The translations under genes were made by a program, and so were the position numbers. From an uncultured delta proteobacterium (GTDB lineage Bacteria; Desulfobacterota; Binatia; Binatales; Binataceae): a stretch of 64,000 bases of DNA. The stretch lies in NCBI GenBank assembly GCA_963774665.1, contig CAVZGB010000021.1, positions 255,467 to 319,466 on the forward strand, in the 5' to 3' direction. Of the stretch, positions 18,341 through 27,666 are shown piece after piece. Numbering within the stretch: the first letter of the stretch is position 1; every line of letters begins with the position of its first letter. Under the pieces are notes generated by a model, which worked only from the letters and a program-made list of their open reading frames with translations, searched no databases and was not told where the DNA came from.

Positions 18341-20938
18341 TTGATGGCCGCAGATCGCAAGCAGCTGATTCTGGTCGACGGATCGGGTTACATCTTCCGC
18401 GCATTTCATGCGCTGCCTCCCATGAATACCTCGCACGGGCTGCCGACCCAGGCGGTTTATGGATTCATCAGGATGCTGCTGAAACTACTGAAGGACGTGC
18501 GCCCGTCGCATATCGCGATCGTCTTCGACTCGCCGAAAAGAACTTTTCGCGACGACCTGTTCGCTGACTACAAGGCGAATCGCAGCGAGGCGCCCAATGA
18601 TCTCATCGTGCAGATTCCGTATATCCATCGCGCGGTCGCGGCGTTCAGGATCAAGTCGCTGATGATCGAGGGCTTCGAGGCTGACGACGTGATCGGCACG
18701 CTCGCCAAGCGTGCGGCGAAAGAGGACTTCGTAGTCACGCTCATCACCGCGGACAAGGATTTCATGCAGCTAGTCGGCCCGCACGTGACGCTCTGGGACA
18801 CGATGCGTGACAAACGAGTCGGAGCGCGCGAGGTGCGCGATCGCTTCGGCGTCGAGCCGTCGGCGCTGGTCGATATCCAGGCACTGACGGGCGACTCGAT
18901 CGACAATATCAAAGGCGTGCCGGGCGTCGGCGAGAAGACGGCGTCCGCGCTGATTCAGAAATTCGGCAGCATCAAGCAGCTTTACGAGAACCTCGACCAT
19001 ATCGAGGAATCCGGGATTCGAGGCGCCAAGAAAGTGGCGGGCCTGCTCGCCGAGCATCGCGCGGCGGTGGACCTCGCGCGAAGATTGGTCCGCATCGAGA
19101 CCGACATGCAGCTCAAGATCGAGCCCGACGAGTTCGCGTGGCAGGGCGTCGACGAGAAGTTGGCCGCCGATCTCATGCGCGAGTTGGAGTTCAATTCGAT
19201 CATTCGCGAGATATCGCCGTCGCAGGCGGACCTTCCAGGCCTGGAATCGAGCGCGACGCCGGTTGCGACCGTCAGTGGAAAAGATCTTGCTGAGGCGCTC
19301 CAGGCTCTCGCCAGCGCCCCACGCATTGCAGTTGATCTCGCGACGTCTGAAAACGGCAAAGACACGTTGCAGCTCGCGAGCGCCGAGCAGACGGTCGTCA
19401 TCGAGCATGACGGGATCGCGAGCGCGGCATCCTTGCTCAGCTCCGAGAGCCCGCCCAAATCGGTCCACGATCTCAAGAATCAACTCGAAGCGTTCGCGCG
19501 CCACGGAATTGCTCTGGCGGGTGTCGATTTCGACACGATGCTGGCAGGGTTTCTGATCAATTCCGGGCAGGGCGAGCCTTCCCTCACCCAGCTATATCAC
19601 GAGTATCTTGCACCGCTGGGTGCGAGTACTCCGCCGGGGACGAACGCGGACCTGGTGAGAAATCTTCGCGAGGCGTTGACGACGCGTCTGGAAGCCGACG
19701 GGCTAATCTCGATGTACAGCGAGATCGAGATGCCGATTGCGCCGATCCTGGCCGAGATGGAAACCGCCGGAATCGGGATCGACGGCGAGGCGCTCAAGGT
19801 CATATCGAAGGAATTTGCCGAAGAGATAAATCGGCTCGAGCGCGAATGCTACGAGCTGGCCGGCCGCGAGTTCAATCTCAACTCGCCCATCCAGTTGCGC
19901 GACGTTTTGTTTACTCACCTGAAACTGTCGGCCAAGGGCCTGAAAAAAACCAAGAGCGGATTTTCCACCGACGTCGATACGCTCGAGAAGCTCGCGGCGG
20001 TGCATCCGATGCCGCGCAAGCTGATCGAGTACCGCACGATCTCGAAATTGAAATCCACTTACGCCGACGCGCTGTCCGAAGTGATTCGCTCGGGCACGGG
20101 CCGAATCCATACGACATGGCATCAGGCTCTGGTGCCGACTGGACGCGTCAGTTCGAGCGATCCGAATCTTCAGAACATCCCGACTCGCAGCGTCGAGGGC
20201 CGCAGGATTCGCCGCGCGTTCGTGCCCAAGCCGGGATGCATCTTCGTGTCTGCCGACTATTCGCAAATCGATCTGCGCGTGATGGCACATCTGTCGGGCG
20301 ACAAGACTCTCGTCGATGCGTTCACTACCGGCGAGGATATTCATATCCGCACCGCGACCGAGGTGCTGGGAGTCACGGCAGACAAGGTTAACGCTGAAGC
20401 GCGGCGGCTGGCCAAGGTGATAAACTTTGGGATTATCTACGGGATGGGATCGCAGCGGCTGGCGGGCGAACTCGGGATTGCGCTAGCTGAGGCCTCGGAC
20501 TACATCAAGCGCTACTTCGAGCGGCTTCCCGGCGTGCGCGCATGGCTCGACGATACGGTTCGTATCGCGCGTACGACAGGCTACGTAACGACGATGTACG
20601 GACGCCGTCGCTACCTGCCCGAGCTGAACGCGCAGCCGGGTGGAGCGCGTGCGCAAGCGGAGCGAATCGCAATCAATACTCCCATCCAGGGCACGGCGGC
20701 AGACCTGATAAAACTCGCTATGATACGCCTGGATAGAGTGCTCAAAGAGCGTGGCCTCGCCGCGCGAATGATTCTGCAGGTGCATGACGAACTACTGCTG
20801 GAAGCGCCGGATGGCGAATGGCAAGAGGTCGCGGCGCTGGCAAAACGCGAAATGGAGGGGGTGGCCGATCTCAAAATTCCGCTCAAAGTTGAGCTGAAAT
20901 CCGGTCCAAACTGGGCCGAGATGAGCGGAGCGGCATGA
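18341..20938 (+). CDS. polA: DNA polymerase I
   Basis: 865 aa with a 5'-3' exonuclease domain (…GYIFRAFHA…), motif A DYSQIDLRVMAHLSGD, motif B RRLAKVINFGIIYG and motif C QVHDELLLE. Confidence 0.95.
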   Translation: MMAADRKQLILVDGSGYIFRAFHALPPMNTSHGLPTQAVYGFIRMLLKLLKDVRPSHIAIVFDSPKRTFRDDLFADYKANRSEAPNDLIVQIPYIHRAVAAFRIKSLMIEGFEADDVIGTLAKRAAKEDFVVTLITADKDFMQLVGPHVTLWDTMRDKRVGAREVRDRFGVEPSALVDIQALTGDSIDNIKGVPGVGEKTASALIQKFGSIKQLYENLDHIEESGIRGAKKVAGLLAEHRAAVDLARRLVRIETDMQLKIEPDEFAWQGVDEKLAADLMRELEFNSIIREISPSQADLPGLESSATPVATVSGKDLAEALQALASAPRIAVDLATSENGKDTLQLASAEQTVVIEHDGIASAASLLSSESPPKSVHDLKNQLEAFARHGIALAGVDFDTMLAGFLINSGQGEPSLTQLYHEYLAPLGASTPPGTNADLVRNLREALTTRLEADGLISMYSEIEMPIAPILAEMETAGIGIDGEALKVISKEFAEEINRLERECYELAGREFNLNSPIQLRDVLFTHLKLSAKGLKKTKSGFSTDVDTLEKLAAVHPMPRKLIEYRTISKLKSTYADALSEVIRSGTGRIHTTWHQALVPTGRVSSSDPNLQNIPTRSVEGRRIRRAFVPKPGCIFVSADYSQIDLRVMAHLSGDKTLVDAFTTGEDIHIRTATEVLGVTADKVNAEARRLAKVINFGIIYGMGSQRLAGELGIALAEASDYIKRYFERLPGVRAWLDDTVRIARTTGYVTTMYGRRRYLPELNAQPGGARAQAERIAINTPIQGTAADLIKLAMIRLDRVLKERGLAARMILQVHDELLLEAPDGEWQEVAALAKREMEGVADLKIPLKVELKSGPNWAEMSGAA

Positions 20939-20981
20939 ACAACTCCCTGAATTTAGTCGCCCTCATTAGCGTCTACTCAAG

Positions 20982-21560
20982 TTGAGAACACTAGGCCGCC
21001 ATGACGGCGACGAAGCCGAGCTCATCGAACGCTCCCGCAAGGGCGATTCGGAGGCGTTTGGCGTGCTGGTGGAGCGGTACCAGCGCAGAGTGGTCGGAGT
21101 CGCGTTGGCGGTGGTGCACAACCAGGATGATGCGATAGAACTGGCGCAAGAAACTTTCGTCCGCGCCTATGAAAACCTCACAAAATTCGAATCTCGCTCG
21201 AGCTTCTCAACCTGGCTCTATCGAATCGCGGCCAATCTCGCGATCGATTTCTGGCGCCGCGAGGGACGCCACGTAGTTCTGCATGGAGAAGACGCTGAAA
21301 CTGAGATCGGCAAACTGCCGACTACTACCGGAGATTCGTTCAAGGAGGTCAGCCGCAGTGAACTTTCGGCGCGCCTAAAGCAAGCACTGGAGGAGTTGAC
21401 GCCGGAACATCGTGCAGTGATACTTCTACGCGAAGTTGAAGGAATGTCATACGACGAGATTAGCGACGTTTTGCAGTGCCCAAGGGGGACGGTCATGAGC
21501 AGGTTGCACTATGCACGCACGCACCTGCGTAACATCCTGAAGGATCTGGGCGGGAACTGA
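20982..21560 (+). CDS. ECF-subfamily RNA polymerase sigma-70 factor
   Basis: Region 2 (…FSTWLYRIAANLAIDFWRR) and region 4 (…REVEGMSYDEISDVLQCPRGTVMSRLHYAR) are present. Starts with TTG. Confidence 0.9.
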   Translation: MRTLGRHDGDEAELIERSRKGDSEAFGVLVERYQRRVVGVALAVVHNQDDAIELAQETFVRAYENLTKFESRSSFSTWLYRIAANLAIDFWRREGRHVVLHGEDAETEIGKLPTTTGDSFKEVSRSELSARLKQALEELTPEHRAVILLREVEGMSYDEISDVLQCPRGTVMSRLHYARTHLRNILKDLGGN

Positions 21561-21569
21561 GCGACGTAT

Positions 21570-22157
21570 ATGGCTGAATGCGGTGAAATTAGCATGATGC
21601 TCGGCGCGTTCGAGGACTCGGAACTCGAACCCAACGAGATGCAGGAAGTCGCGTATCATCTGGCGCGATGCGAATCCTGTACGGGCGTCCTCGCCGATTA
21701 CTCGACGCTGGGACGAGACCTGAGATCCATTACAGAAGCACCTTCGCTGGCGGGTTTCTCGAATGCGGTAATTGCTCGCATCGATCGCCTGCCGAAGCCG
21801 GTGCTGACAAGAATCGAGCGTTTCTTCAGGCGTCAGTTCGAGTCGGTCGGCACCGGGTTCGCGTGGGGCAGCGCTGTAGTGGCGGCCGCTGTCGTCACGA
21901 TAGTTCTGATGACGCCGTACGCCGAGCAATTAGCCAATCGAAGCGCGATGCCGACGATCGTCGCCAGCTCGAATCACAACGTCGCGCCTGCGCCCGCGCC
22001 TGCTCAGATGGCTGATGCGGCCACCAGCGAGCCCACAATGGCGGACAACGATTCTCATGCCGACATCTCACGCCTCGAGTCGGAGAACCATTCTGTTGCA
22101 GTTTGGAGCGAGCCCCGCAGGGACACCACGGTCATCTGGTTGCCGGATCAGCCTTAG
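21570..22157 (+). CDS. Anti-sigma factor (zf-HC2 N-terminal domain, one transmembrane helix)
   Basis: HLARCESC zinc-finger motif followed by a transmembrane helix. Lies immediately downstream of the ECF sigma gene. Confidence 0.7.
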   Translation: MAECGEISMMLGAFEDSELEPNEMQEVAYHLARCESCTGVLADYSTLGRDLRSITEAPSLAGFSNAVIARIDRLPKPVLTRIERFFRRQFESVGTGFAWGSAVVAAAVVTIVLMTPYAEQLANRSAMPTIVASSNHNVAPAPAPAQMADAATSEPTMADNDSHADISRLESENHSVAVWSEPRRDTTVIWLPDQP

Positions 22158-22163
22158 GTCGCC

Positions 22164-22682
22164 ATGTCGCTGCGTCCCGGTAGCCTCACTTTCCTCATCA
22201 TAGTGATCTCGGCCTTCGGACAGGCCGGCATCACCAACGCGCAGTTAGCGTCGAAGCAGGTTAACGTTTACGTCGATTCGGTGATGGCCGCCGATACCAA
22301 CGAGGGGACCGACCCGCGGCTCGCACCAATGGGCCAGAAGCTGCGCGGCCTGTTCGGCTTCTCGACTTACAGTCTGATCGGTCACAACGAGGGCGAGACC
22401 GATTGTGGCAAGATGATCGCGTTCACTCTGCCCGGCGGCAAGATTCTCCACGTGCAGCCGCGCGCGATCGACGGCGACATGATCGCGATGGAGATCGTGC
22501 TGTTCGACGGCACGCGCCCGATGATGACAACCGACCTCAAGCTCAAGAACAACGGGACCTTGATCGTCGGCGGTCCGCGTTACGAGCAGGGGATGATGAT
22601 CATCTCGATCGGCGCGAGCACCGGCGGAACTCCGCCAATGCAGGCGCAGGCCACTCCTCCAGGCGAAGCGACTTCTCGTTAA
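22164..22682 (+). CDS. Secreted protein of unknown function, third gene of the sigma/anti-sigma operon
   Basis: 172 aa with N-terminal signal peptide …LIIVISAFGQAG. Confidence 0.45.
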   Translation: MSLRPGSLTFLIIVISAFGQAGITNAQLASKQVNVYVDSVMAADTNEGTDPRLAPMGQKLRGLFGFSTYSLIGHNEGETDCGKMIAFTLPGGKILHVQPRAIDGDMIAMEIVLFDGTRPMMTTDLKLKNNGTLIVGGPRYEQGMMIISIGASTGGTPPMQAQATPPGEATSR

Positions 22683-22686
22683 GACT

Positions 22687-23343
22687 TCACAACGGATCGA
22701 AATACGGCGCTACGCGGCCACTGAAGTGGAACTCGCGCGCGAGTGCAATCCACTTGCGATCTACGCCATGCAGCGGCTCGGGCAGACTATCCAGCGGAAA
22801 GAACGCGGCTGCGAGCGCCTCGAGCGGATTCGGCTTCAGCTCACCGCCGACAATTCGACAATAAAAAAGCATCGAGTAGATATGGCGCGCAGGTGAGCCG
22901 TACTTCTTGTTGTCGATCACAGCGATCAGACGCTCGGGCTCGACGATAAGGCCAGTCTCCTCGCGCGCTTCCTTCGCCGCGTTCTCAGCGGGCGATACGC
23001 CGACATCGCAGAACCCGGTGGGATACCACCACTTCCCGGTTGGCCGCTGAATCATCAGGATTTCGTCGCGATCGTTGAACGCGATCACGCCACATCCTAC
23101 CGCCGCGGTGACGTATCCTTCGTAGCCGGCGATCACCTGCTGGCGCCATCGGCGGCGCAATGCTTCCGCGTCGTCGTCGTTCGCACCGGCTACGACCGAA
23201 TGCATCCGCGCCGCCTCTTTGAGCAATTCCTCGTAGCGCTCGGAATCGTAGCCGTCGGGCTTAAAGGCGAATCCGGTACGCGCGATCGCCGTGATGCGTT
23301 CGATAAAGCGCGCCAGTTCAGGGAGCAGATCAGAGTCGGACAT
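22687..23343 (-). CDS. NUDIX hydrolase with an N-terminal accessory domain
   Basis: Nudix box GFCDVGVSPAENAAKEAREETGL. The start is taken at MSDSDLLPE (M22 of the track ORF). Confidence 0.8.
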   Translation of the reverse strand: MSDSDLLPELARFIERITAIARTGFAFKPDGYDSERYEELLKEAARMHSVVAGANDDDAEALRRRWRQQVIAGYEGYVTAAVGCGVIAFNDRDEILMIQRPTGKWWYPTGFCDVGVSPAENAAKEAREETGLIVEPERLIAVIDNKKYGSPARHIYSMLFYCRIVGGELKPNPLEALAAAFFPLDSLPEPLHGVDRKWIALAREFHFSGRVAPYFDPL

Positions 23344-23536
23344 GCGATGTTCCTTGTCGTGAGTTCGCCGAGGAATATAGCATGAGCTCGCGTCGCTCCC
23401 TGTCATCCTGAGGGTAGCGAAGGATCTCGCGCGTAGCGCGTACTGATAGACGCCGAACGCAAGGCGTCCGTCGAGATTCTTCGCTACAGCAGCTTCCGCT
23501 CAGAATGACAGAAGAAGTTAGGAACGGATTTGTGCG

Positions 23537-24385
23537 ATGAAACTTATCCTCAGCCGCAAGGGATTTGATTCGGCCAACGGCGGATGTCCGAGCCCAATCC
23601 TTGACGGCCAACTTTGCTCGCTTCCGATTCCGGATGCTGATGCGCCGACGTGTTACGCCGGAATTTCCTCGTTCAACGGCTCGTCGATCGCTCAAATGGT
23701 CGAAGACCTGACCCGCGGTCGAGTCCGTCGGAGCGATGGCGCACATCTCGATCCCGATTTGCGTCGCGATTCTATCTCGCGCGCCGCTGGATGGCGTCCG
23801 ATCTTCGGCCAGGCAGCAGCTGCGCAGAGTCATCTCGCGCGGCACGAGGTAGGATGCGGCGATCTCTTTCTTTTCTTCGGAAGCTTCCGACAAGTCGAGA
23901 AGATTGGAGGCACGCTCCACTTCGTTCGAGATGCGCCGAGACTTCACGTTATCTTCGGATGGCTCCAGGTTGGGAGAGTGTCACGCGCAACCAATGAGCT
24001 TACGACTGAAATCCCGTGGGCGAACGGACATCCGCATCTCGCCGCGCCCGAGCGATACAAGAACAACACGCTTTATTTCGCGAGCGATCTTCTCTCGTCA
24101 ATTGGCCTCAAAACCAGAGGCGCCGGAACCTTCGACCGTATCAGACCTGCATTGATACTCACGGAGACCGACGCGAATTGTTCAACGTGGCGACTGCCGC
24201 GATGGTTCAATCCAAAGGGCCGCCCTGCCCTTTCTTATCACTCGAAGCCGGCGCGCTGGACGGATTGCGACAACTCGATGCGCTTGCAGTCGGTCGGCCG
24301 CGGCCAGGAGTTCGTGCTCGACGTCGACCAGTACTCTGAAGCGCGCGCCTGGTTGCGATCGATCTTTCGCGCCGCTAATCGCTAA
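23537..24385 (+). CDS. Conserved hypothetical protein, family not recognised (MKLILSRKGFDS…GGCPSPI… N-terminus)
   Basis: 282 aa with balanced, non-repetitive composition. Divergent from the NUDIX gene. Its 3' end overlaps the convergent kinase-family gene by 4 nt. Confidence 0.5.
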   Translation: MKLILSRKGFDSANGGCPSPILDGQLCSLPIPDADAPTCYAGISSFNGSSIAQMVEDLTRGRVRRSDGAHLDPDLRRDSISRAAGWRPIFGQAAAAQSHLARHEVGCGDLFLFFGSFRQVEKIGGTLHFVRDAPRLHVIFGWLQVGRVSRATNELTTEIPWANGHPHLAAPERYKNNTLYFASDLLSSIGLKTRGAGTFDRIRPALILTETDANCSTWRLPRWFNPKGRPALSYHSKPARWTDCDNSMRLQSVGRGQEFVLDVDQYSEARAWLRSIFRAANR

Positions 24386-25440
24386 CGCCGCGAAGCCGAG
24401 TTGCATACCGACCAGGCCGCGTCGGCGAGCGCGGGCACTCGTTCCTTGCTGGCAGCGAACAGTGGATCATCGGTCTGGCCGAGCACGAAGCGCGCGTAGC
24501 TGCCCTCCATAATGATCGCGAGCTTGAAGAGCGCAAACGCCTGGTAGAACGGGAAGTCGCGCATCGCGCGGCCGGTGAGGCGCTCGTATCGATCGATCAT
24601 CTCGCGCCGCGTGAGCCATCCTGGCGCCACTTGCATACTGGCGATCACGCCGCCCGACGCGTCGGTCGGGTCGGGCCAGTAGGTCAGCATCCAGCCGAAA
24701 TCCGCGAGCGGGTCGCCAATCGTCGACATCTCCCAATCGAGCACGGCGATCGCGCGCGCACTCTTCGGATCGAACATCACGTTGTCGAGCTTGTAATCGC
24801 CATGGACTATAGTCGGCGCCGGCGACTGGGGGATTCGCGCGCGCAGCCACGCCTTGACGTTTTCCATGACAGGCAGCGGACGCGTGTGCGGAATCGTGCG
24901 TTCGAGCTGATCGGTCCATCGCGTGAGCTGGCGTTCGAGATAGCCGTCCGGCCGCCCGAAGCCTTCGAGGCCGGCCGCGCGCCAATCGACCTCCTGCAGC
25001 GCGACCAGCACATCCACCATCTGCTCGCTAACCTGCCGGCGCAGCTCGGGGGTCTGCACGAAGTGCTTGTTGTCGGCACGCACGACGTCGCCGCGCATAT
25101 ACTCCATCAGGTAAAACGGCGCGCCGATGTATGACGGATCGTCGCATCGCGCATACACGCGCGGCACCGGCACCGCCGTTTGCTGCAGGGCTTCGATCAC
25201 GCGATATTCGCGCATCATGTCGTGGGCTGTCGGGAGCAAAGGCCCACGCGGAGGGCGACGAAGGGCCCACGACTTGCCGTCGAAATGAATCAGGTGGACC
25301 TCGTTGGAATGGCCAAACGAGATGTTTTCGGATCGAAGCGCGCTCGTATTACCGAGCTTGCGCTGATCGAGGAAGCGCTTGAGGCCGTTGAGATCGACCG
25401 TGGCGGACGGTCCGGTTTTTTCCTGCGTCGTAGTACTCAT
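24382..25440 (-). CDS. Phosphotransferase (APH/choline-kinase-like) family protein, often found with acyl-CoA dehydrogenases
   Basis: Brenner motif HGDYKLDNVMF and DWEMSTIGDPLADFG. Confidence 0.8.
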   Translation of the reverse strand: MSTTTQEKTGPSATVDLNGLKRFLDQRKLGNTSALRSENISFGHSNEVHLIHFDGKSWALRRPPRGPLLPTAHDMMREYRVIEALQQTAVPVPRVYARCDDPSYIGAPFYLMEYMRGDVVRADNKHFVQTPELRRQVSEQMVDVLVALQEVDWRAAGLEGFGRPDGYLERQLTRWTDQLERTIPHTRPLPVMENVKAWLRARIPQSPAPTIVHGDYKLDNVMFDPKSARAIAVLDWEMSTIGDPLADFGWMLTYWPDPTDASGGVIASMQVAPGWLTRREMIDRYERLTGRAMRDFPFYQAFALFKLAIIMEGSYARFVLGQTDDPLFAASKERVPALADAAWSVCNSASRR

Positions 25441-25528
25441 CGAGCGTACTGTTTTCGCAAACGGGGCTCGCGGTCAAGCGCCTGCCCATCTTGCGAGAGC
25501 AAACCACGCACCTATACAACGAAATGCA

Positions 25529-26440
25529 GTGACCGCGGCGCCAAAGTTGAACGACAGTCCGAGCACGAGCAAGGTGGCCGCGATATTCCGCCTCGCGCGG
25601 CCTCATCAATGGATCAAGAACGCGTTGGTGCTGGCGCCATTGGTTTTCGGCCAGCGGCTGTTCGTGTTGCACGACGTCGTGCTTGCAATCGTGGCATTCG
25701 TTGCGTTCTGCGCACTCTCGAGCGCCGGATACGTTCTAAACGATATCGCCGACCGTGACGCCGATCGGCTGAATCCTGAAAAATGCGACCGTCCGCTGGC
25801 GCGGGGCGATCTCTCCGTCGCGACGGCGACCCGGGCGGCCCTGGCGCTGGCCGCGATCGCAATCGTGCTGAGCATTATACTGGGCGGCGCGTTCCTGGGA
25901 ATCGCCGTCCTATACGCCGCGCTTCAACTCTTTTATTCACTCTGGGCCAAGCACCAGGTGATACTCGACATTATCGCGGTTGCGATCGGGTTCGTGCTGC
26001 GCGCATTCGCCGGCGGCGTCGCGATCAACGTCGAAGTATCGCCATGGCTGGTTTTCATCACGTTCGTGTTGGCGATGTTCCTGGTGTTGGCGCGCCGACG
26101 CCACGAGCTGATCGCGCTGGGCGACGGAGCCATCGCGCATCGCAGCGCGCTCTCGGAATACAGTGTCCGGCTGGTCGATCAGATGATCTCGATCGTCGCC
26201 GGCGCAGCGCTTGTCAGCTACATGATTTACACGGCGTCGGCCGAAGTCGAAGCGAAACTCGGAACCCGGCACCTTTATCTGACGGTGCCGTTCGTCGCAT
26301 TCGGAATCCTGCGTTATCTCTACCTGATTGATGAGCGCAACGAAGGAGGCGACCCCGCCCGCGCATTGATCCACGACCGGCCGCTGCTGCTCGCGGTCGC
26401 GTTGTGGATACTTACAGATATCGCGTTGCTCTACTTCTAG
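25529..26440 (+). CDS. UbiA-family prenyltransferase resembling decaprenyl-phosphate phosphoribosyltransferase (DPPR synthase)
   Basis: …LARPHQWIKNALVLAPLVF…, Asp-rich YVLNDIADRDADRLNPEK and eight or more transmembrane helices. The start is uncertain: GTG 25529 or TTG 25547. The track ORF from 25379 overlaps the divergent gene. Confidence 0.65.
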   Translation: MTAAPKLNDSPSTSKVAAIFRLARPHQWIKNALVLAPLVFGQRLFVLHDVVLAIVAFVAFCALSSAGYVLNDIADRDADRLNPEKCDRPLARGDLSVATATRAALALAAIAIVLSIILGGAFLGIAVLYAALQLFYSLWAKHQVILDIIAVAIGFVLRAFAGGVAINVEVSPWLVFITFVLAMFLVLARRRHELIALGDGAIAHRSALSEYSVRLVDQMISIVAGAALVSYMIYTASAEVEAKLGTRHLYLTVPFVAFGILRYLYLIDERNEGGDPARALIHDRPLLLAVALWILTDIALLYF

Positions 26441-27654
26441 GGCGTCCCTTCGCGCGCGGCTGGAGCTTCAGCATGAGGTAATTCCGAGCGCATCCTCTCC
26501 CGGAAGATCAGCGCGGCGCAAAGGTACGCAGCCAGCAGCATTGGGAAACTTGGACCCGGCACCGCCTTGATCAAGGCGGACACGATCAAGAAAGCGAGCA
26601 TCGCGCTGCCAGCTATCAATCCGATGTTGCGGGTTGGTTCGCGAGGCTCGAACCCCTGCCATGCGGCGGTCAGTCCGAATAAGCACGCAGGCAGCAGCAG
26701 TATGAAATCCTGTCTCCACGCCAGCGGGGACATCAACACCGCGAGTGCGACCCACAGTCCGAACGCGAGGTCGTCGAGATCGGCGCGTCCTTGGGCTGCT
26801 ATCGTGGCCGCAGCCGCGATTGCTATCAGCAGGAGGTCGATAAGCGCGGTCAATCCCCAGACTGCGAAGAGCGGCTCGACGTTGATCCTCGTACCAGTGA
26901 AGTACGCCGCGCTGGCTCGCGCAAAGGAGAGCACGCTAAGTCCGTGGCGCCCGGCGATGCGATATGCGATTGGCAGCCCATTCGTCGCAAGCGCAATCCA
27001 ATGCACAGGATTCGTCAGCAGTACGCCGGCAGCGAAAAAGCCGATCGTCCAGCCGAGTGCACGCGATCGGCGGCCAAACAAAAAATATCCAGCCACTGCT
27101 GCGGGATAGAGCTTCAGCAACGCCGCGAGCGCCAGCCACAGTCCGGCGGCAGCCTGGCTTTGTCGCCGCGCGCAGAACCATGCCGCTGACAACAGCGCCA
27201 GCAGCATCGGCGCTATCTGGCTCCATACCAATGCGGCCGCGAACGGACTCGATAGTATCGCAAGCGAAAGCACGATGATCGTCGGCGCGGAGCCAAGCGG
27301 CGACGCACATCCGCGCGCCAGCAGGAGCACGGCGATCACCATGCACAGGATTTGCGACGCCTGCCAGATCCAGAACGCAGTTTTCTGGTCGAGCCGGGCG
27401 AGCGGTGAAAATATCTCGACGAAAGCCGGCGTGTAGTTACAACCACGCATCGGTCCCCGCTGATCAGTCCACGGGTCGCCGCCGTTCGAATAGTCGCTCC
27501 ACCAGCCGTAGAAGACGACGAAATCGAACTGATCGTATCGATGCGAGATGGTATGCAGACGCTGGGCAAGCAGGAGCGCCGCGACGACCATCAGGATCGC
27601 CGCCCCAGCCCTGGTAATCCTAAGCCGCTGCTGAGCCGGAATTTCTGTCTTCAA
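26437..27654 (-). CDS. GT-C membrane glycosyltransferase of the DUF2029/GT87 type
   Basis: 405 aa, polytopic. Its stop overlaps the UbiA-family gene stop tail-to-tail. Family call is by architecture only. Confidence 0.5.
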   Translation of the reverse strand: MKTEIPAQQRLRITRAGAAILMVVAALLLAQRLHTISHRYDQFDFVVFYGWWSDYSNGGDPWTDQRGPMRGCNYTPAFVEIFSPLARLDQKTAFWIWQASQILCMVIAVLLLARGCASPLGSAPTIIVLSLAILSSPFAAALVWSQIAPMLLALLSAAWFCARRQSQAAAGLWLALAALLKLYPAAVAGYFLFGRRSRALGWTIGFFAAGVLLTNPVHWIALATNGLPIAYRIAGRHGLSVLSFARASAAYFTGTRINVEPLFAVWGLTALIDLLLIAIAAAATIAAQGRADLDDLAFGLWVALAVLMSPLAWRQDFILLLPACLFGLTAAWQGFEPREPTRNIGLIAGSAMLAFLIVSALIKAVPGPSFPMLLAAYLCAALIFRERMRSELPHAEAPAAREGTP

Positions 27655-27666
27655 GCACTTGAAGTT

